DNA of 64,000 nucleotides, taken from assembly GCA_028023455.1 (NCBI GenBank), contig JAQFVV010000001.1, forward strand, positions 21,328,001 through 21,392,000, in the 5' to 3' direction. A program made the position numbers and the translations under genes. The notes below the pieces were generated by a model that saw only the letters and a program-made list of their open reading frames with translations, did no database searches and was not told the origin of the DNA. Shown here piece by piece: positions 53,577-64,000 of this stretch (its first letter is position 1; the number at the start of each line of letters is the position of its first letter). Source of the DNA: Epiperipatus broadwayi. Taxonomy: Eukaryota; Animalia; Onychophora.

Positions 53577-55407
53577 TATATATGTATTACATTTATTTGA
53601 TTGATTCGAGCACTATCTGAAATTAAACATCTGAAAATAGATTGGCACATATATTTTTTACACATATGTTTAAATAAGCTTTGAAAATATTTTCACTAAT
53701 ATATTGATGATGATGACCACTGCACAGCCATTATTTCCAATACCAGAATAGATTCCTTTAAAAATAACTTGCTCCTGATGAAATGGACATGGAATAAATA
53801 TGCGGACCAGACAACATTAATATAAGTATGTTAACACACTATTTAAGTTAATAACAAAACAATAGTTTATTACAAAATATTATAATTATCAAACAAAATA
53901 TAATTTTCTTCTTTATTATTAGTATTTTTTTAAATTCCCATGCACGATAAAAAAAAAAATAGTTATTTATAAAATGGCTAAGGTTTATTTTGTTTAATTT
54001 TAAACCTTTAATCTTCCGATTAAATCTTATAATACAATTTTTTATGATTAAGCATAATTGATCTGAATCCCAATTTAAGACTAACACAATCAAATTATAT
54101 AAGGTGATTCTTTAAATATGATCCCAATTTACTATTAATATTCCTTAATTAATTGAGTAGTCCTTTGTATCTGACCCCAAATTTATAGAACAAAACCATA
54201 AACAAATCTGGCAAATAAATATTGTGTATAATTATTATCTATTTAACAATGATCTAATAATTGCATGTATCTAATAAGTTCTTATATACATAAAATTTAA
54301 CTCACAGACATTAATACAAAGGTACATATATGTATAAATAGACTTGATCACATTTCAAAATAAAAGAACTTAAAATACTACTAATTATATTACATAATCT
54401 TTTTTCCTTTTTTTCACTTGGGTTTATTAACTATTTTATAAACTTACATATTTATTTTAAATTGAATATCACACTTTTGATTATTTATTTGATAATTTCA
54501 CATTAAAGAAAACTTTTTTAAAAAAAATCTTAACATATCAACTATCAACAGGCAAAAATATCTTCTTCTTTTTTTAGACTTCAATTGCTTTAAGATTTAA
54601 CTAATTGTTTTTTGTTTTTGTTTTTTAAGTTTCATTTTCTGTTTTAATCAATGAATATGTGAGGATAACTGTCTAAACAGTTTTTTTTTTTTTAACTTAC
54701 AAAGCAAAAGTTGTGAAGCTAATATTTTTACTGTGATAGCAAATATTAATTTGTTGCAGTTGTAAGTTGCCATAATGCCCTTTAATAATCCCCTGTCTTT
54801 GAAGTTTAAGATTGTTTTTTTCATTTTAATTAGAAATTTCTTCAAATATATATCTTGATCAGTCTGTCAAAGATTCAGGGTAGATTTCAGCAGTTTTTTT
54901 CAATTATCATAATGAAAGTTCAGTTTAGTTTAAATAAAGTGAGAATCCAAGATTTTTTTAGCTTGATTAAAACATGAATCTAGACTAACTGCTTTCAATA
55001 AAAACTGACTATATATAGGTTTTGATATCTTGTTTTAAAGACCTATCTTGTTTTTAACATTTTTAATAATATTTTATTTTTAACAATTTTATGACCTGAT
55101 TTTTATTTTAATTGCAAGAATTTCAAAAACACTTATTATTTAATTGACTGAACTCTCAAAATACTGTAATTAATAAATTGCCTGAATTTTTTGTTGTTTT
55201 TGAATCTCATATTAAAATAGGCTTAATCATTTTTTAATTTAATTATTTAAAATCTATTTCTTAATTGAGTTGCTTTGCAATTCATTCTACACATTCTTTG
55301 ATAAGAGAAAGTTTTGACATAATATATATTATTTATCAGTTTCTCTTAAATTTAAATATTGTTAATAAATCTATTCATTGTTTAATATTATTTTACAATA
55401 TGACATT

Positions 55408-55865
55408 TATGTAATATAAAAGGGATTCGAACTCAGACTTTTACACAACCCTCAACTCTCCAAGCCATCTCATATTGCTGACCCACCTGATCACACACAT
55501 GTTGAAAAGATAAATAATCACCAATGTATGTATTTTGTGCTAAACCTAAGAAGGGCTTTGAACATTCCATCATCAGATTTTCAATGAAATGGAAGGCTGA
55601 AAAGTTGTGAGTTGGAGTAGTTTGAAGCCTGTCCATTAAAGTATGAAGATTGGCTATCTTAATATAAAGCTGAGCACTGATTGTATATATGTGTGGGGAT
55701 GGTAATCTGGACCAACTGATAAGTACTGGTTTAGCATGAAATACGTATATTGGTGATTATTTATCTTTCAATATGTGTGTTATCAGGTGGGTCAGCAATA
55801 TGAGATGGCTTGGAGAGTTGAAGGTTGTGTGAAAGTCTGAGTTCAAATGCCTTATATGTTACATA
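55408..55865. mobile_element. ~460-bp MITE-like element with ~139-bp terminal inverted repeats
   Basis: 55408-55546 is the reverse complement of 55728-55865 (e.g. GAACTCAGACTTT...CCAAGCCATCTCATATTGCTGACCCACCTGAT). The ends are TA-TGTAA...TTACA-TA. A related fragment lies at ~56172-56190. Confidence 0.8.
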
Positions 55866-56631
55866 TACATATAATATATCTGTATGTGTAGGTGTAAGCC
55901 TGTACAGTGTATTAATTTAAATATGACAATAATTTTAACATATGATTATTAGCTACTTTATTTTAAACCAGTTGTCCTATTTTATATAATAATTTTTAAA
56001 ATTTTCTGAATTCTATAATTATTAGCATCTTTCACAACACTGAAAACCTGCTTACAATGATATGGAAGACCACATGTCTGACACTGAAATGAATAAGACA
56101 TTATTCATTTTAATATATATATATATAAACACAAGTGTATTGTTTATATTAAACTTAATGTAATTAAAAGAAATTTGAACTCAGACTTTCAAGCTCCATA
56201 CATCTATCCATTCCATCTTATTCAACCGATATATAAATATAATTATTATCCATTTCTTTTCTACTTTTTTTTAGATCATAGTTTTTTTTTTCATTCATTA
56301 GTATTCTTTTGAAAAAATATGTTATACTTTTTAAGAATATGTAATTATATCTATCTTTTTTTTACTTACAATATGCATATTTTGCAGCTTTGATAATTTC
56401 TTTCAGTCTAATTTTTTATATAATTATCTCTATAATATTGTTATCTTAATTTTTGAAATAATGCAGATTATTTTTTTTTTGCATTTCACAAACTTCTAAT
56501 ATTTTTTTAATTATATAAGTTTTTGATTTAAAATATTATCACCTTCAAAGGAAACATTTTATTGAAGATTTATGAACAAGTGACAATAATTTACATGCTT
56601 TAACTTTTAAATTAAATCAGAATCATTATTT

Positions 56632-56678
56632 TTGACTACTACTACTACTACTAATAATAATAATAATAATAATAATAA

Positions 56679-56731
<53 letters not shown>

Positions 56732-56732
56732 A

Positions 56733-56779
<47 letters not shown>

Positions 56780-56785
56780 ATAATA
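56632..56785. repeat. compound (ACT)n/(TAA)n/(TAG)n trinucleotide microsatellite
   Basis: Directly visible; it accounts for the spurious T/N/S-run ORF at 56632-56847. Confidence 0.95.
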
Positions 56786-58149
56786 ATTCATCAGATATTG
56801 TTCTACAAATTAATATTTTTATTTTATATTATTATTGGCGATATTGAATAGGATTGAATTTGATTTACCTTAGGTTTAGGTTGTATAAATGCAAGTAACT
56901 ACTAAACTTATATAAAACTGTGGTATATTCCAATATTGTATGTTTTATGAGATCTTAAGTTTAACTTCAAAGTTAAAATAGAATTAATTATTCTTATTTA
57001 AATGTGTAAATCTGTAAAAAATATTTTATGTATCACTCATATATTAGTATAAATTTTGAAAATCCTATTAGTATGTAACCAGACCTTTTAATGATCTACT
57101 TAAATTTTGATAGTATAGTATTTCTTCTAACATTTAAGCCTGCAAATGAATCCAGTAAAGAATCTTGAGATAAAATAAATAAGCCCTATGTTGTAAATAT
57201 CATTTAGATATACTAAGTAATAATTGCACTTGTTTCTTTTAAAAGAATAAAAACTTCTCCAGTATTATTAAGGGCAGTTGATTAATAAATAATTAAGTGG
57301 TTGTGGAAAAAAACTAATTAGAAACAACATAAATCAGTTATCATTTATCATTATGATGATTATTATCCTTCAGTATTTAAATTGAGAATTATTTTTAAAT
57401 AATATGCAACCTATTCCTATTTAATGTTAGTGTCTTTGCAACACTGTATGTTAATACACTTTTCATATCCTGAGCTTAAAATTAGATTTAGGAAACAGAT
57501 ATTAATATTTATGATATATTTTACTTTATTTTCTTTCTTTTTATTATTTGCTTTTATCATTTATTTATATTGTATAATAAATCAATTGTTAATTTTTTAT
57601 TCTTTTCTTTTGTCATTATTAAAGAAGCATAGCCATTGCATATTTACAAAATAAAAGTCATATTTCAGATATTGGATTATATATAAATCTATTTGGATTA
57701 AATACATCATTATTGTTATTGATGCTATCTAAAACATAAAAGTATTGGGAAAGATGATATAAATAAAATCATTTTTACGTTATCATATTATATCCTAACA
57801 TGCATAAACACACTTTACATCCATGCATTTATTTTCTTATTTTACATAAACCTGAGATAAATGACTAGTCAACCTTTTATTTAAAATTGCTAGCCTTGGT
57901 TTAAAACACAGATTAAGTTACTCTTAATTAATTTTCATAGTAAGAAACAATATTTCTTAGTACAAGTACTATTATTGAAAAACCCTGAGAAATTTATTAT
58001 TTTATTAAATTAAAATCTATTATTAAAGTATTGAATAGTTTTATTTTATAAAGAAATATATAATCTGTATGTTTTACAGTTGAGTTACATTAGTAATAAT
58101 CACATTGACACCGTCTCAACAAATCTGTGAGAGTCAAGATTGCCAATTT

Positions 58150-60126
58150 TTGATTTCAATATATATAAGTGTGTATGTGTATGAGAAAGAGAAAGTATTA
58201 AAAAAAGATCTAATATTTTTTTACTATCGTACACTATGCATAAAATATAAAAATGGTATTTAATCTGTATTACATATCTTCATGTTAATATATATAGCAA
58301 ATACCATAAATTGCTTTATGTAGCAAATATTTGATGGATCTTGTCATTTTGTATCCCTCTGTCAATCAGATCTACATCAAGTTATTTGCTAAATATAATT
58401 TTATTTTTTCCAATCATACAATTTTAGTTCATCTTTGTGATATATATTGTAACTGTCAAAATTGCATAATGCACATGCAAATCACTCGAGGGCAATCCAC
58501 ATGTGTATTTCACATTTTGATCTCACTGAATACTAATTTTTTTACAGCCGACTAAGATCAGAGAGAAAATAAGAGACTCTTAACTATTTATGTAAGTTAT
58601 TGATTGCAAATAAAGATTACAAACTGTCAAAAATAATGAGACAGCACTATTTATTCATGTATATACAACCCAAAATATATTCTGGCATGATTTTAGTTAA
58701 TTAATAAATAAATTAACTTAAGCTAAATAAACCTTTCAAAATTTTATTAGACTAATTTAACTTTAATAATGCACAACTATAGTATATGGCAGTATAAAAA
58801 TTTAAAACAATTGATACTATTTTAGAATACTATTGATGTTAATTGTTTGAATGGATTCCAATCTACTGCCCAGACATCTAACTTCTCTCAACTCTCATAC
58901 ATGCTGTTCTAATACTGACTGATACATATAAATTAATGTTGCTCTTACTAACTAACCATTGGGATCAATTAGTAGCAAAAGGTAATTAAATAATTGTAAA
59001 ACACAAATTCACATTTGTAATATAATAGTATCTACATAAGATCAAATACATATGATATATGCCTACAGTAGGAATTAACCTTTTACCATGTGTATAGCAC
59101 ACAATGGCCAGAAGTCCTATATGTATCACTGTAAAATCTATGAAAAAAAGTGGCTGGCATGTGATAGGAATTGATAATATACCACACATCACTGTTTAAC
59201 TAAGGTAATAATTGTAAATATTCAGCAGTCACAAATGATGTTAAAATCATCATACTAATGCATTACATAATAATAAGTTTTAAATGTAACTCATAACCTG
59301 AATTGACAGATACCCACTGTCCATTTTATTAATAAAAATACAAGACTAGTTAGCTAAAATCAACATCTATTTAACAGAACCCAATCTAGCTTGTCGATGC
59401 AACAGGCTTGTCTCCCATTCATAACTTTAAACTTTTACTGATTGAACATACCTTTATTAACTAAATGTACTGGAAATAACAATTTCATTAATATACAACT
59501 TTTAATAGCATAGCAAAAATCTATGATTACAAGCTAATTGTTTTAATAAAGTAATTTATTACCATTAGTGCTGACTAAATTGTGACTCATGAAATAGAAC
59601 AAGACAATCTCTTGCCATACCTGCTCATAAATAGATTAAGTATATAACTATTCATTAACATATTTCATTAGCTAGAAGACAATAATTAACTAAAGATTAG
59701 TTGAAAGTTTATACTTATTTTTTCAAAAGTTCAGGTTTAGTCTTTAGGTATTAGCAGATTTAATTCTTAAAACCATAGATATTGTGGATGAAGGTTTAAA
59801 TCACCATTTCACATTTATTTTGGATGCACAGATATTAATTAAGTCTTCATTTGGCAGCTGATTCTCCCTGTAGCACTGGACATCACTTTTTTCCTCTTCT
59901 AAGATGGATATTGTTCAGATTGTTTCTTCTATTGTTGACAACTTCTTTGATGTGACTCAGCAATATGTTTTTGACTTCATCTCTGCTAGCTTGACTTAGT
60001 GAAGCATATAATGACTTCTCTACTCTAGCATGGTAGACTTGCTAGAACTAGCAGATAAAAATTGATTAAAGTAGAATAATACTGCAGAATAATAATCACT
60101 GGTAAAATAAAGATAGATATAATAAT

Positions 60127-60173
<47 letters not shown>

Positions 60174-60720
60174 TAATAATAATTTTCAGTATTATTTATA
60201 TGGTTTGGAGCTATCTTATCTGTAAAATTTGGATACATCTCTTATTGTTTGAATCATTTGATCTTTTGCTCTAGACAACTCCATTAATTTCATTGAGATT
60301 TGAGTTTATTTGTCAATATTCTATTTGCAAGCTTATATTTTTGAATAGAAATAACAGATATTTATCTCCTAAAATTAAATCTAGTAATCTGTTTACAAGC
60401 ATTTTAATTACTTTTTCTAAAATGTCATTTTCACTTTTTTTATTGTTAAATGAAAATATTTTTTTTAAGCTACTTTTAAACTAAATTTAGAATCTATTAT
60501 CCTTTTAAATTTTAAAAAAATATTTTATTTTTTAATGTAAATTAACTTTATAATTAATTATACCCTATATCTCTATTTGTGCATTTACAATATACATTTA
60601 TTTTTATTTATAAAATTGTATTAAAATTTCTTTTAAATTTTGTTCATACTTTTTAACATGCGAACATGAAGTGTATATATGTGCACATATATATAGTTTC
60701 AATATATCTGGTGAGATTGA
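58150..60720 (+). repeat. ~2.6-kb diverged dispersed repeat, copy B
   Basis: Colinear with ~12850-16450 minus the Penelope insertion; contains a (TAA)n run at ~60127-60183. Confidence 0.7.
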
Positions 60721-61449
60721 AATTTCTTGTAAAGATTTATTGTTATATATTTAATGTGAATCATTCTTTTGTTTATTGTTTTGTGTATAACATTTTCACT
60801 ATAATTTCTATATTAATGACTTAATTTGTATGGCTGTTTAAAATCTTCTAATAACTAAAAAGATATATTGGCAAAACTAAAAATATTTTTAATTATCCTT
60901 ATTTTAAAATAACATTAATTTATCATATCCTTTTATAAAATGAAGAAATTGTATTTTGCTTTGAAAATAATACTCATATTTTAAATATTTCTATGCCAGT
61001 TTTAAATGATGCACTTAGTAATAAATTGTTATTATTAATATGGTTTGTGTATTGGTAATGACAGACAAAAAAACTAAGAATACTTGAATGGTACTCAAAT
61101 ACCACATAATCTCCCAAACAATAAATTACTTGATTATTTTTATTATTAATATGTCCTTCAAGTTTATGTTTTTAAGATATTTATATAAATATATTAGTCT
61201 AAAGAGAAAGTTTAGAAAATGCTTAAATATTGACTGAAATAGAAATGTTTTTTTTTTTCCATTAAGCTATTTTTTAAGTACCAATATTTTTAGATGGACA
61301 TTATTTTATGTGGTTCAAGATCAATATACAGTTGAAATATTTGGATAGGGTAATTTTTTCACAAGAAAATTAAAAACATAACTTATAGTCACTTATAATA
61401 AATAAATTCAAATTATTTTTACTTAGAGAGCAAAAAAAATTTCAGAAAA

Positions 61450-62600
61450 ATATGGATAAGTAAGATTTGCAAAAATGATTGACTGCAAACTATAAAATTA
61501 TAAAGCAATACCATTAGTAACCAAAAAAGTATAAACTTCACTAATACTGCTACATGATTTATCTTCACTTTAGATTTTATATAATATTTTTTAACAGTCA
61601 TTCTTTATCCTTAAATATAAACTATTCTAAAATACATTAGTCTTTTTCAAAATAGCTTCATATATAATAGAGCAAAAATAACTTTCCTTGAGCAAAACAG
61701 GATGTAAAGTAATATAAAATAGCTCCTTTGTAAATGAAGTTTAGAATGTCATATTCCCTGAGACACTGTTGCTCAGGTTAATTATTCTTTTTTTTTATGA
61801 AACAATTAATTATCCCAGTAAACCCATCTAATTTTTACTTTTTGTTATTTCCAAATCATTTTCTTGTTTTTTTCTTTTTTATTTTAATAAAAGTAAAAAG
61901 CTAAACAAATACTAAAAATGTCCACTTTTATATTTCTCCTACTCTTCATAAAATTTGTTCTCTACATTTAACATCTTACTTGCCAAAAATAAATGTTCAA
62001 TGTTCCCCCATTTTCGCATTTGCAATCCAAATGTTTGTAACATTTTTTCTTCCTTTCACTGATAGCCAAAGCTTTTATCACTTCACCAAATATCAATAAG
62101 TTCCTTTTTGAGTCACTATATATCATTTTATATTTTATACATTTATTATTTTTATAAAACTTTAAACTATATTTTATTCATAATTATTTTAATTCTACTT
62201 TTTGTATAACATTGAGGTTTTCTACGTTTAAGTAAATATGAAGCTCTTTCAAATAAATCATTTAGGAATCTATTTTGCATAAATAAAATTTTATCCCAGT
62301 TTGTCAGTTGTAGTTACATCTAAGAGATATTACTTTTTATTTCACTAAATAGAGCCACTTTATCTACATTATATACTTATTCTCATTGTTCTGTATTTTC
62401 ATCATAATAATAGTGCTAATTTCTTTTTTTGTTAATATTTTGGAGATGATCAATATTTTTGAATTATAGTAAATACAGAATTTGATAAGACTGTCAAAAT
62501 TGCCATATATTGTTTGTATTATTTATATTCTACAAAAATCTCATAATATAGTGTCTTGTGCATTTGCCTATCATACCCAAGGTCTGATATTTGAGTCTGA
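61450..62600 (-). pseudogene. possible RTE-like LINE RT remnant
   Basis: Minus-strand EVIKAL... (~62080-62020) and SVSQGI..SKLH (GVRQGD..SPKLF-like, ~61770-61735); highly decayed. Confidence 0.35.
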
Positions 62601-64000
62601 CAAGTCACAAACAGCTTTGAATTTTTTTTTTCAGGTAGATAGCCCATAGGTAACTACTCAGTTTGCTGCTTAATACAGTAAATAAATAAATAATTATTTT
62701 TAGCTAAAGGATAAAAAAATAAGGATGTCACATGAAGCAGCCTTCATCACATAAAAGGAGTTGTACTGAGCATTGAGTGTATAATTATTTTTTATTTTAA
62801 TATTCTACTAATCTAATATGTGAGTACTTTAGTTTAGTTTATTTGCATATTTTATTAATATATTGTAGATAATGCCGTTACAAAAAATAGCTTTGTTTTG
62901 TTGTTTTTTTATTTGCATTTAACTTAAAGTGATTTTTTTTTCATTTAAGAATTTATTTTTAAATATATCGATTTTTTTTTTTTAAAGTGCATTTTGTCGT
63001 AATAAACAAAATAAAAAGTTTTACAAAACAATTAAGAATTTTTTATACTTTTTTAAATTCAACTAAAAGCAATTGATACACACAATCTCATAAAAGACGT
63101 TTTCATGATAAGAAATCAATTCAGAATATCAAAAGATGTATTGAGCTAATAAAAAGTTTAAAAGTTGGTCTGTTTCAGATTAATAGTTTAAGCTACTAAG
63201 GTAAATAAAAAAATTACGATAACTTGGTAATAAGTTGCATTGATGAATATATAAGTGCATATTATTATTTTATTATGATATTGTATAAAAACAGTTCAGC
63301 TAAAACTATATTATTATTTATTTTAAAAATAGCCTAATAAATTGTTTAATAAATGAATAATTTTAGAGGTTATATACTTAAACGGTAAATTAAAAAAATA
63401 TATACGTTTTAAAATAAAGTAATAAACATTAGTAAATGCAAAAATAGTATTTTTCTTTTGTATAGGTAATGTATAGCCAACCTAAATAATTATCCAAATA
63501 AATATAATAATATAAATAATTATCTACTTATTTTCAATTAAAATGTAAAACAAATGTCATCTCACATTTTATTAGTTTGGTACAGTTGCATTGTCTTTGT
63601 TTTTATGGATAGGAGAAAGTTTTGTCTTACCTATATGCATATATGTATATAAACAGCTTAAATAGCTCATTATATGGGAAGGCTTTCTAACTCTTTATAG
63701 AGTACCAGTAAAGGAGAATTCATGATTCATCAGGCTTATACAACTAAGTAGTAAAAGTTTTGATAGCTTTTGATCATGTTTTTTATTATTAAAAGATGGA
63801 TTAATCATTACCTGACACTCTTAAAAAACAATTTAACTACTTGATTTTATAGCTACACCATAAAAATTAATCATTTTTACATCCTTAAAAGGCATAACAG
63901 TGACTTATCTTATTAATTTTACTACTGTGTGCATTGTTCCTCTCAAAGTTCTTGTCTTTTTTATAGTGCTCATAATCTTTTGCATTCTCTTTATATTCAG

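Overview
Very AT-rich, CpG-depleted eukaryotic (probably invertebrate animal) DNA dominated by transposable elements and their debris; no complete host gene could be identified. The main feature is an 11.3-kb LTR retrotransposon on the minus strand (19633-30916). It has unusually long ~2.75-kb LTRs with TG...CA ends, an ATAT target-site duplication, a tRNA-Arg-like PBS and a short PPT. Inside, a decayed gag-like ORF is followed not by pol but by a ~560-codon segment carrying MELT-like repeats and KEN motifs, resembling the kinetochore scaffold KNL1/Spc105. That segment runs in frame into what looks like the C-terminal stub of a Gypsy integrase, which suggests host-gene capture by a non-autonomous element. 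Also present: a related 2.7-kb solo LTR nested in a TA-flanked MITE; a Penelope-type inverted cluster with three hammerhead-ribozyme copies; a tRNA-headed fold-back element with a hammerhead-like core; a 4.66-kb nested palindrome; a degenerate ~6.4-kb L1/Tx1-like LINE; several RTE and other LINE remnants; a ~3.5-kb diverged dispersed duplication; microsatellites; and a few low-confidence host exon candidates. All assignments come from reading the sequence by eye; no database searches were run, and boundaries marked ~ are approximate.
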